Source: Anthoceros angustus (taxonomy: Eukaryota; Plantae; Anthocerotophyta). Taken from it: a stretch of DNA of 64,000 nucleotides. Below the pieces are notes generated by a model. The model saw only the letters and a list, made by a program, of their open reading frames with translations, did no database searches and was not told where the DNA came from. The stretch's first letter is position 1. Each line of letters opens with the position of its first letter. Below, in pieces: positions 1-10,380 of this stretch. The position numbers and the translations under genes were made by a program. Location of the stretch: positions 248,001 through 312,000 of the forward strand of contig VJWM01000178.1 in assembly GCA_010909165.1 (NCBI GenBank), given 5' to 3'.

Positions 1-579
1 GGCGACAGGGCGGAGCAGCAAGGGCGGGCGAGCATCACCATCGCCGTGACCGTGCTGTCCATCCACTGGGGACCCAACTGGGCGGCTCCCCCGGGCGACG
101 GGCAGCCGTTCCGGCGGGAGCTGGCGCACCGGCTGCTGGACGCCGGGGTGGTGGACATGGTGTACGGCCACTCCTCGCACCATGTGCGGGGGCTGGAGCT
201 GTACCGCGGCAAGCTCATCGTGTACGGCGCCGGGGACCTGGTGAACGACTACGAGGGCTTCCAGAACCCCGGGGAGGAGCAGTACGTGCGCCTGGGCGCG
301 CTCATGCTGCTGGACCTGGACGCGGACTCGGCCCAGCTCCTGGCGCTCCGGCTGGTGCCCATGTTGGTGGATCGCCTCCGCCTGCGCCGGCTCTTGCCGG
401 AGTCGCGCTTCTGGCGTCCGCTTCTGCATCGGTCGGAGGCGGCGCCCGGTGCGCTTCACGATTTCCACCGCTTCCTCGACGCCATGTCGCTGGCCGACGC
501 CGGCAAGCACGCGCTGCCGCTGCGCGTCGTGGAGCACCACCCGGGCCTTCCAGGAGGGCCGATCCTCGTCTATCCCTGA
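1..579 (+). CDS. CapA / poly-gamma-glutamate synthesis (PGA_cap) family metallophosphatase-fold protein, C-terminal part (5' end lies outside the window)
   Basis: Frame 1 is open from base 1 to the TGA at 577-579. It carries VLSIHWGPNW, VDMVYGHSSHHV and KLIVYGAGDLVNDYEG, which match the CapA-family SxHWG, GHxxH and YGxGD motifs as I know them. No intron visible; about 70% GC (43/60 in the first line). Confidence 0.8.
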   Translation, partial: GDRAEQQGRASITIAVTVLSIHWGPNWAAPPGDGQPFRRELAHRLLDAGVVDMVYGHSSHHVRGLELYRGKLIVYGAGDLVNDYEGFQNPGEEQYVRLGALMLLDLDADSAQLLALRLVPMLVDRLRLRRLLPESRFWRPLLHRSEAAPGALHDFHRFLDAMSLADAGKHALPLRVVEHHPGLPGGPILVYP

Positions 580-1799
580 CCAGTGTAGTGTAGTGTAGTA
601 TACACTAGGTACATACCTAAGTGCGGGAAGTTTGTTTCCCACAAAGTTTAGGCAAGATAAATTTTGAGCTATTATAGATCTTTGAAATCGTAGTGCAATT
701 ACAGCAACATTGAAAAATACCCTCCGCTGCGGATCCTCCGACTTGCCGGCTTCGAGCCAACGACCTCAGGATGCTATTCTTCAATACAATCCTCCGCTCT
801 ACAACAAAAACTTCATGCGCTGAGCAAAGGTTCCATGGATCATGTGATCGAGTTTGTGCTTTCCACTGTATCCATACATAGATATTATACATAAATTCTT
901 ATGTTATAAAGCTTTACTTTGGAGGTGAGCTCTTCTAGGGATTGCGTTCAAACCTTAAATTCTTCCAAGCTTTTAGAATAATAGGATTGGCATGACGGTA
1001 TCGAAAATGGACCTTTGACCTCTTGTAGATTGGCTCACCATCGAATTTCCGTTGTCTCGCCCCAGGGTAGGGGAGGCCTGGTGTCACATGGAGTAATAGC
1101 ATTTCCCGACCCGTGTCGCAACCTGCAAGGGGGATTGTTCTACCTGGACATGCCCGACAAATGCTGAAGCCATACTAGCTGCTATGATAACGTTAAGAGT
1201 ATTCGTAGCAAATGCATGTCGTTAGCGACAAACCGACTTAGACTTGAATGAATCGAACTCACGTAGCTATTGGGATAAGGATGGATCAAACTCGGGAAGC
1301 AACTGGGACCTTGAAGAGCTTCACAACAGACATGCCATCAAAGACCAAGAGTAATCGAGGATAAATGACACCCAATCCTATTAATGATCCAACAAGGGAT
1401 TGCTTAACTATGGAGTTCCAATAAAGGGTCTTGAAGAGCTTCACAAAAATCATCTGGGTGGTAAGTCATATGCTCCAACATCAGGGGACTTTTTGTGATG
1501 CTCGTCGGGACAATGGTCCCAAGAATCTCCTCTTAGTCTACTGTGAAGTAAAGTGGCAATCTCATAGGGGTTTGGGGCAATCGGAGGCTCTCCGTCACAA
1601 AGCTGTGCTCAATGAGTGCTCCTTTAGCCCTGTTTTTCAGCTGTCTCCCCGGGTCCTGTCCGCTACCCTCCCCTTTCACGTTCGTCCTGCTCCAGCAAGG
1701 GGAGCATTTAATGTTCTCCTTTCAAAATGACTTGGTATTGTTGGCAGGTGGTTGTGAGTCCGTCGATTAATGATTTGTCTCGGAAGATGGACCCTAAGG

Positions 1800-2800
1800 G
1801 ATTAGTGTAGCGGACCGAGTTATGCATAATCCTTCCCAATCTGTGTGTGCTGAGTTTTTAATTATGTACCATATGCAGCACCGACGACTTTTGATGATGT
1901 TCAAGGAGTTTCAATGTCGTGTTCACCGTTGTCTTGGCCGAGATGAGAAGTTCATAACTGTTGACTTGGTGTCGGTGGGGGGCAAGAAAAGGGCAATCCA
2001 ACTGTCCATAATGAATCCCCTACCTGCAGAGGACTCCGACTCTTCTGATGATACCATGCCAGATCTAGTTCTTGCTTTAGAAGCTGATGCCGATGCTAGT
2101 GTTGGAGTTTTGGCTAGGCTCGAGGCAGGAATTGAATCACCAGACTTTGGTCGTTTTAGTGCAGGCTATCCTTGATGTTGGTCCTTACTTTTTGGATGGC
2201 TGTTCTGATCTCTTGGAGCTGCACTTGCTCAAATTAGAGCGTCGTCTAATCAAGTTGACGCACACTCTGGGGTCTCCAAATTGACGGATTTGCGTGGTCT
2301 CTTGAAAGACAAAATTGCTGCTATAGGCCATGCTGCTGCTCACACCCTTCTTCAAAGGACCTGGAGAGGTGCGCGAGAGGGTGAACTGCACTAGAGCCTG
2401 AAGAAATTTGTGAAAGTAGTTTTCCTCCTAATCCGTTGTACGTCCTTAAGTAGTCCCTTAGCTGATGACCTCCAAGTGCTCCTCATTATGGCACAGAAGT
2501 TTTTCTACGCTTTGAAAGAGGCAACTTTTTCGGTCGTCTCCCCTTTTACCTCATGTAGCTAGATGCTGATGGGCAATCTCGTGATGTAGCTTGCCTCCTT
2601 AGTGGGCACTCCCGTCATCGTGTGCAGAGGCTTGTAGAGACAGATCTTCTCATCTGACTGCTAGATGCACTTGTAAGTACCCTAGAATTCGGGCTAGAGA
2701 TTTTGGTGGCCCGTGATGATGACGAGGAAGATAGCTAGTCCCAAGCCCTCCAAAGCGTCACCGCTTTGGTTGGCCTCCTCATGTATTCTGTGGTTTTCAC
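1800..2800 (-). pseudogene. Heavily decayed ORF remnant, probably transposon-derived
   Basis: Minus-strand frames give protein-like stretches (EEANQSGDALEGLGLAIFLVIITG..., ASASASKARTRSGMVSSEESESSAG) interrupted by many TAG/TGA stops of the kind produced by C>T decay. Family not recognised. Confidence 0.3.
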
Positions 2801-2887
2801 GTATTAATTTGGTAAACTAAAAAAAACTGATAATATTTTTGGTATGATAACTTATCCTAACTAGGCGACAGACTTGCCATATTCCAA

Positions 2888-3097
2888 CCTGCACCAAGGA
2901 TTTCTATAGCTTCTAGAGTCCTCCGCTCTCTAGCAATAACAACAACAACTTTATTTATTCGAACATGCACCAAGTATTTCTATAGCTTCTAGAGTCCTCC
3001 GCTCTCTAACAATAATAATAATTTTATTTATATCCACTCAGATGAAAGGACCCGGTCCTCCGCTCTCCAACAACGACAACAACTTTATTTATGTCCG
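2888..3097 (+). repeat. ~76-bp tandem repeat (two full copies plus one partial)
   Basis: TGCACCAAG.ATTTCTATAGCTTCTAGAGTCCTCCGCTCTCTA.CAATAA at ~2890 and ~2966; partial GTCCTCCGCTCTCCAACAACGACAACAACTTTATTTAT at ~3055. Confidence 0.85.
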
Positions 3098-3358
3098 CTA
3101 AGGACAAAAAGACCATCACAGGACAAAGAGAGCTAAAGTCGGATCATGCCTCCGGTTGTTTTCTACCTAATTTATATTATATTGGAATGCAGTAGGGGTG
3201 ATAATGTAGTCACCATGTATGTCCTCCCATGTTATCCAGGTTTGCGCTCGTCGCCTCTACGAGGCGAGGCCTTACGGGGATTTCCACTTGGCGGGGTTTC
3301 GCGCAGTGGACCACGCTCTGCTCGGCCTCTGCTTTCCTCATACAAGAGGTGCCTTGAA

Positions 3359-6300
3359 ATGACGGGTGGTGGTGAGGACGAGGAGCTTGCCAGGAAACGG
3401 AAGAGGCAGATATGCGAAGATGAGGCTTTGGCGCGTAGTTTGCAGGTGGGCTCGACTGACATGGGAGTTTACTCGAATAACTGAGGTCTCACGACCCAAT
3501 TCATCGCCTTCTCGTGCATTTGTGGCAGGAGGAAGAGGAGAGGGCTGTGGAGCTGCAGCGAGTGAGGAGGTCTTTCAGTTCTGGGTCTACTCAGGCTGAC
3601 CGCATGGTTACGGAAAGTAATTTGCCCGCCGAGCCTGGAAAGCCCAGTGTGTCAGAGCTCTCGTCAACGTTCAGACTGATGCGCGTTGCGAACCTTCCTG
3701 GCTGGGCGAATGCAGGATGTGTAACCGCTAGCGATGTGATCCAGGTCGGTAGCTTTTTCTGTAGACACACTGCAATGCATTAAGCTTTCGAGCCTGGGAG
3801 ACAGGTTTGAATTGTTAACGTTTGTAATTTTGCTCCACTCCAGTATGCTGAGTAATGGTGGCGGGTGCACGCTGCAGGGTGACATTCAAGTGGCCCTTAT
3901 TTCCAACTACATGGTCGATGTGCAGTGGCTTTTATCTGGTGGGTTCCGTGTTTGGTAGCGGGTGTTGCACTCAAACCCATGCTAGACTGTGGCATAGCCA
4001 GCTGGGATATTTTCGTTTGCATTCTGATGCGTGTGGATGTTGTCAGCATGTCCACTCCTCAAGGAGATACCCCGAGTCGTAATTTTCCATGGAGAGGGCG
4101 GAGCGTCTCTGGATCACCTTCAGGCATGGGGGAACTCTCAGATCTTTATTTCCCAATCTTGGCACTCGTGTTTGGTCTGGTCTTCCGATTGTGAAGTTTT
4201 CTAAGTTAGCGTGAGTTTCGCACCTGATATCCTTGTTCTGAAGTGCAGGCTCACAAACCCTCACATTGGTTGTTGTACAAGCCTCCTCTTCGGATTTCGT
4301 ATGGCACACATCATTCAAAGGCCATGTTCCTTATTTATAGGACAGGGGTCCGAATCATCATCCACACGGCGAATCTGATTCATGTTGATTGGAACAACAA
4401 GTCCCAGGGCCTCTGGATGCAGGATTTTCCTCTGAAGAGTATGACAGCTTCAAAGGAAAGCTCGGTGTTTGAGGATGACCTGGTAGAATATTTAACAGCA
4501 CTGGAGGCACGTCCATCACTTGTTCCTGGAGCTGGCTTATGAAGACTTCATGGCATCACTATTTGCAAATGTTTGCGGTTTGAAAGGGAATTCTTGATTC
4601 ACCTCTGTGCTACATGTCTAGCAGTGGACTGGATGTAAAGCATCAATACCTGATCAAGGGGATGTGCAAGTGACTGCTGCTTATTTTCGGAGATTCAATT
4701 TTGCCGATGCTTCTGTAAGTAATGATGCTCATTTGTCAGAAATAGTGCACCCCTATATACGCCAGCCTAAGGAGGCTACTCAGGATATCTCAATGTCTTT
4801 GCTGTTGTAGTAAGCCTGCTAACAGCAGAAATTGTTGGACAATTCTGTGCATCTGGCTAAGGTTCGACTGGTAGCTTCAGTACCTGGTTACCATAATGGA
4901 CGCAATCTCACCAAGTGGGGTCATATGAAGCTGCGGACCATATTGGCCAATGAGCGGTTTGATGATGAGTTTATTGGGTCACCTGTTGTTTATCAGGTGT
5001 GTCCTTGATCATCCCATGGTTGTGATTTTGGGATAAGTGACAATATTCTGGCAAGTGAGTGTGTAATCTAAGGAGTGATGTGTAATCGGCTGTGTCTTTC
5101 TGTCTGCCTCTGCAGTTCTCCTCTCTCGGTTCCCTTGATGAAAAGTGGCTGACCGAGTTTTCAGCATCTGTTTGTGCTGGCACTACTCAAGAGAAACAAC
5201 CACTGGGACCTGGAAGTGTGCAAATCATATGGCCAACAGTAGAGAATGTTCGATGGTCACTTGAGGTGAGACTTTTGAGACTGTAGCGCTGGGTAACCAA
5301 AAGTCCATTTGCATCAAGCATGGTTCGAGCTAGCTTCTTATAAGATCTTATGCTCAACTTTCAGGGCTATGCCGCAGGAAATGCACTGCCAAGTCCCTTG
5401 AAGAACATCCAGAAAAGTTTCCTTTCCAGATATTGGGCTCGCTGGCAAGCAGAGCACTCTGGCAGAAGGTTAGTCGTTGCTGGTTCACAGGAGGTTGAAA
5501 TCGCATTCATTATGTGCAGGCATGCTAACTGCTTCCTGGAAAACATGCAGCCGGGCGATGCCACACATCAAAACGTTCGTACGTCATCATGGGCAGAGTA
5601 TTGCGTAAGCAACTTATCTTCAGAAAAACATCGTTCAAACGATGTCATCTTGCAAGGCTTGTTTCTGGGCTTGACGTGACAAGCCTCATGCCTGCAGATG
5701 GTTCCTCTTGACGTCCTCAAATCTGAGCAAGGCTGCGTGGGGGGCTCTACAGAAGAACTCAAGCCAATTGATGATTCGCTCGTACGAGGTCTATTCTGCA
5801 CTTGACATAACTTTGTGCAGTCTCTCACGTGCTGTTCAGTGACGCTGAAACTTGTCAAGGTGCATTGTCTGTGCAGCTTGGAGTCTGCTTCGTACCTTCC
5901 TTGGCTCGCAAGCAGAATGTCCACCCTTTCTCATGCACAGATAACAAAAACCCACCCCCTGTACTCACCAGACTATGCTCTAATGCTATTCATCTTCTGC
6001 AGAAAGCAAAACACGCATGCCTTTTTGCAGCATCTGTTTTGTGGTCAGTCAGGAGTTTGATGTGTGCAAGTTATCCTTGGCGTAGGGACCCGAACTGAGA
6101 TCAGATCCAGCCTCAAGCAGCGGCAAAGACGAAGGCCTGAGAAGCGTGAAATTCGTCACTTCCCAATGGCGTGGTCAAGCACAGGAATCCACCCACCTCA
6201 TCCGATTTCCATTACCCTACTCCATCCCGCCCACACCCTACGACGCAGCAGAAGGTACTGTCTGCTTCCTTTTCCAGCAGAGAACATTCCTGATGTGGGC

Positions 6301-6426
6301 CAGGTGATATCAGCTAACCCTGTGTGTGTACGTTCAGATGTGCCATGGTCCTGGGACCGGTCGTGCCCAGCGCCCGACGTGTATGGGCAGAGGTGGCCCC
6401 GACCCGTGCAGCTCTACACCGAGTGA
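3359..6426 (+). CDS. TDP1: Tyrosyl-DNA phosphodiesterase 1 (multi-exon)
   Basis: Spliced exons give [25 protein letters not shown]...[23 protein letters not shown] (first HKN motif), [30 protein letters not shown]...[15 protein letters not shown] (second HKN motif) and a final exon DVPWSWDR...[12 protein letters not shown] at 3359, stop at 6424-6426. Confidence 0.95.
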
Positions 6427-6733
6427 AGACAAAAGAGGAAGGAGGGTGAGGTGGGCATCGGCGTGGGGCAGTTGGCGGGCTTTGAGGATAGAGGCACCAT
6501 CGTGTCGGTGCGTGAAGAGCGGAGGACTTCACCCAGCACTTGCAAACTGCCTTGAATTCAGCAGCCGCATCCTGCACATGGGAAGGAAGCTTCCCCGTTG
6601 ACCCAGTGGCTGCTCCCGTGGTCTTCGGCCATGTATAAGACGCACGGGCTTCTTCTGCTCTCGGAACGGATCCTGCTTCTCGGAGATCATCAGCTCGTCC
6701 TTGGCAGTTCAGCTGCTGCGTGCATTTGGTGCG

Positions 6734-7474
6734 ATGGGTGGGCGGTCGGTGCTGGCTCTCGTGTGCGCTGCGCTGGTGATGCTGGTGGGCGTGGAAGCTG
6801 CGTATCGTGCGCCCTTCAAGGAAGGTGAGCGAGCAGCCCGCTTCCGGAATCCGGCCTGCTGTTGCTCTGGATCCGGATTTGCCTGAGGCCCGAGGCTTGC
6901 GATGCAGGGAGCGCTAAGAATGCGTGGCCCGAGTACGTGGGCTGGAAGAGCGCCAAGGCGGTTGAGGCCATCAGGGCCAGCGGCCTGGTGAAGAACGTGC
7001 GCGTGTGGGCGCCCTCCTTCCAGACCAGCGACACTCCTCCTCCTGAGGCGCCTGCCAACCGCGGCACTCCGCAGGACGTGTGGATCTACACCGACCAGAA
7101 TGACGAGGTGTACGAGATCCCGCAGCGCGGGGTGTGGCATCCTAATCGTGAGTCACCGTTGTTGCCCTGTTTGAGTCATGGATTTACCGGATGTCTTTTC
7201 TCAACGAACCTTGCATTCCAAGCTCTTGCGCATGAAAGTGAAATGACTGTCCGCCGCCCTGGCAATGGCAGGGGTGTACCCTGGGTGGCCCAATCTGGTG
7301 GGGAAGGACTACAAGTATGCCGTCCAAACCGTTCTCAAGGATTTCTACGGCGTCACCGTCCGCTATGTGCCCGAAGACGCGCTCAAAACCGTGAAGCTTG
7401 CTTACACACGCAATCGCGTTTACGTCTTGGTTGACAAGAAGGGCAAGGTGGCCAGGAGTCCCCTGGTGTTCTAG
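6734..7474 (+). CDS. Secreted protein with two tandem potato inhibitor I (I13)-like serine-protease inhibitor domains, 3 exons
   Basis: Signal peptide MGGRSVLALVCAALVMLVGVEAA. GT-AG introns at 6825-6907 and 7148-7271 are both phase-compatible. Domain 1 is AWPEYVG...DVWIYTDQNDEVYEIPQRG; domain 2 is GWPNLVG...RNRVYVLVDKKGKVARSPLVF. WPELVG and NRVxVxVD...VxxxP are I13 hallmarks. Confidence 0.75.
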
Positions 7475-8804
7475 AAACGTGCTGTAGCCGAGCACCAAGT
7501 TGTGCAACCAAGTATCCGGACGCTCTGTCGTTGCCAAGCTCGCTCCTTCCTCCCCTTCCTCCTCTTCCTGTGCGTCCAGCAGCTGGAATAGTGTGCGTTT
7601 AGTAGTGTAAACGCAGGGAAGCTTTTTTCGCTTTGTGCTTGAAGGCGGAAAGCATCAGACTGCAGCCTTGTGTACAGTAGGCAAATTTTGAAATCTTGAG
7701 CTGTTCAGTCTGGCATTATGCTACCGAACTCCAGTTTTTCACGGCCTCATCCTTGAGGAAACCTGCCAGGTGACTTCCTCTGCATAGCTTCATGTTTTCG
7801 ACGGACAAAAATACGCACAAATTCACCATGAAATGGCTCCTCGACAACTCGCGCATTTTGCAAGGATGTAGATAACAAAGGATGGTTTGTAAGGGACAAC
7901 CAGCACAAAACTCCTCACGCACGGCAACAACACGGGCTGTTTCAAACGGTGAAAAAACAGAGGGTGTACAAGGTCGCATACAAATTCGAAGTATGCAAAT
8001 TAGTGAGACACTTCCCAATGTGCGAGAACCGGCTCGTGTCCACCGGGCACCGGCCTTCAAGAATGCCCAGATTAGTCCGGCATAACAGCTACCCCTAGAA
8101 TAGTTCTATCCACCCCATGTTCTAACCTCAGAATAGAGCCATCTTGAAGTGGAAGCTTGCGTAACATCTCCGACACGTACCGACCTGAACTGGTGATGGC
8201 TGTGTCAATGATCTGCCAGGCCTGCGCGGCGTTCTACGCATCTGGACAACTGCTTGGTCCCAAGGAGACACGATCGTACCGGAACCGCATGCAGCTGCGT
8301 GAACAGTCCTTGCCTCAATGGTGGCTGGGCAGCTGCATCGCTGCGGCGAGCCGACGATGTTCCGGCTGGATGCCGCCAAATTGTGGCTTGCCACGGCACA
8401 TTCGGAGGCAGCAACCAGGATGCTACCTCAAGGCCGCTCGCTCGCTCCTAGTACACGTTCCTCCTTGTGCATCGACAGTGTTCCTGTTGGCATGTCCGCC
8501 GGCCTCCTCACTCTACATGGCCTCCTAGCTAGACAACAATCGGCATTCGTCTTGGATAAGCGCCTAGTAGGCGGGATTTCGGATGCTTGTATGTCTGTGT
8601 CTCCGTGCGCATTAGGTTAACCCTTACAAGCATCACATCCAACTTCATCTTCGCTTCATCCGAGCGGCGCTCAGCAAGCATCATGGCCGGCGCCGCTTCC
8701 GTTGTAACCGGTGTGAACTCTTCCGCCGAGGACTCAATGCCCTTTGAACTTCGAGCGAGAATTCCCTCTGCGTCTCACAATTCATGCCCTGCTGCACCGG
8801 GACG

Positions 8805-9277
8805 GAGAAGGAAGCCTGAACGGAGTACATTGGCCTGAAAAGCGCACAAGCAGTGGAGCAGCTCGAAGGCAGCGGACTAGTGAAAAATGTGCATGTTCAG
8901 CCTCCTGCGTACGAGGAGGGCCAGTCGCCTCCTTTCAACCCTGGAGAACCCTAGGACGTGTGGATTTACACCGACCAGAACGACGAAGCCTATGAGGCGC
9001 CTCGACGAGGTGTGTGGCATCCCAATCGTACGTGCCGCTCCACGCCTTGACGTTTAACATACGCTCCCTTGTTGCTGTCCCGCTCCAAGCTAACCATGGC
9101 CAGTGTTCTGGAATGCCAGGATTGAGCCCGGGATGGCCGGAGCTCGTTGCACAGGGCCGTGCGGTAGCCGTTTCCACTATCTTGAAGGATTTTTTTGGTG
9201 TCACTGTCCGATAGAATAGGGTGTTTGTGAATCTCGACGAGGATGGGAAGGTTGCCAAAACTCCCTACGTCTTTTGA
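8805..9277 (+). pseudogene. Pseudogenised tandem paralogue of the two-domain I13 inhibitor
   Basis: Reads KEA*TEYIGLKSAQAVEQLEGSGLVKNV...P*DVWIYTDQNDEAYEAPRRGVWHPN, then an intron at the same position, then GWPELVAQ...KDFFGVTVR*NRVFVNLDEDGKVAKTPYVF*. In-frame stops at 8817-8819, 8952-8954 and 9212-9214, plus a deletion in domain 2. Confidence 0.8.
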
Positions 9278-9758
9278 CATTTCGCTGGTACCACTGTGCA
9301 ATGGTGCCGCATGACGGCCATTGTTGAATTGGACTGCCAGGACATCAAGTGAGGAGAGCACCACACCACAACACAACATAAGCTGTGTAGACTGTAGAGG
9401 AAGTAGCTGAAACCCCGGGCCAGTGAGAAGTCCTGGTAGGTACATACCGCAGAACATACCGCTGTGCTCACTCTCCTTCTCCTTTATCCTTATTTTCTAG
9501 TTTCTCTACCATTTATCTCTTCTCTCTGTTAGGTGTCGTTTTCCTATACCTATTTCGCTTCAGTTTTCGTTTTAATTTTCAATTTTCCGGTTCTTTCAAA
9601 TGCCACCACCGAAGAGCACGTCCTGTTGATGCACATCATGCTGGATTAGCATCCTTCCTGGCCAGTTTATCGATCCCACGAGCTCTAGCGATGTGGCGCG
9701 AGCTGTGCTAGCCGTTTATGCAATTTTGGTTCCAATAACGAGAGAGCGGGGAGCTGAT

Positions 9759-10129
9759 ATGGCGCTGAGCAATTTTGTTGTTACGGTCGTGGCAGTCGGA
9801 GCCGCCTACATGATGCTGCGGGGCGATGTGCGGCAATCTGGGGTTGTGCTTCGTCGGAATCTACGCCATATCCGCCAGTGGCTAGAGGAAGAATCAGCGG
9901 CTGCCTCCAAGTCTGTGACCTCTGCCCTCTTGACACTGTTTGTGGTGGTTTTGTGATTAAGCTCGGACTTACCTCGTCCAGCATGGTGTGATTGTGGAGA
10001 CTTCTTTGTGATGGCGGACATCCAACTTTCTCAGTTGCCTTTTCTCTATTGTGCAGGGCTGGTGCCTCAAAGCCGAAGCAGGAGCTGGGAACTGGTGAAA
10101 AGTCCATTCCGAAGGAGGAAAAACACTAG
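9759..10129 (+). CDS. Small two-exon protein with N-terminal hydrophobic anchor, unknown function
   Basis: MALSNFVVTVVAVGAAYMMLRGDVRQSGVVLRRNLRHIRQWLEEESAAASK, a GT-AG intron at 9911-10056, then AGASKPKQELGTGEKSIPKEEKH*. The phase is compatible. It resembles a conserved small plant protein I cannot name. Confidence 0.7.
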
Positions 10130-10380
10130 GCATGTGGATGACGTGGGACACGGGAAAGGGCTTCTGTTCTCAGGTCCCAAAGTATGCAGTCCAGTGCTTG
10201 TGCATACTCAGGTCCTTTGTATGAGAAATGTTACTGAGGCCACATTTGGGTAGATAATGTTCTTAAAATCCTTGACAAAACTATTCTCTTTCTGTCGCGC
10301 CTATGGAAATCTCAAGCAAGTTGTGAAGTCCGAAGCCACTCGGTGTCAGTTTAATGTCTTTTCGGTGAAGTAGCAGGAGG

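Noticed and set aside
603-608. CACTAG right after the CapA-like stop as a CACTA transposon end
   Set aside because: I found no matching TAGTG terminus or TSD near 3100-3300, and a 5-6-mer match is expected by chance.
8817-8954. In-frame stops in the inhibitor copy repaired by U-to-C editing
   Set aside because: That editing is organellar, TGG>TGA is not repairable by U-to-C to Trp, and the copy also has a loop deletion.
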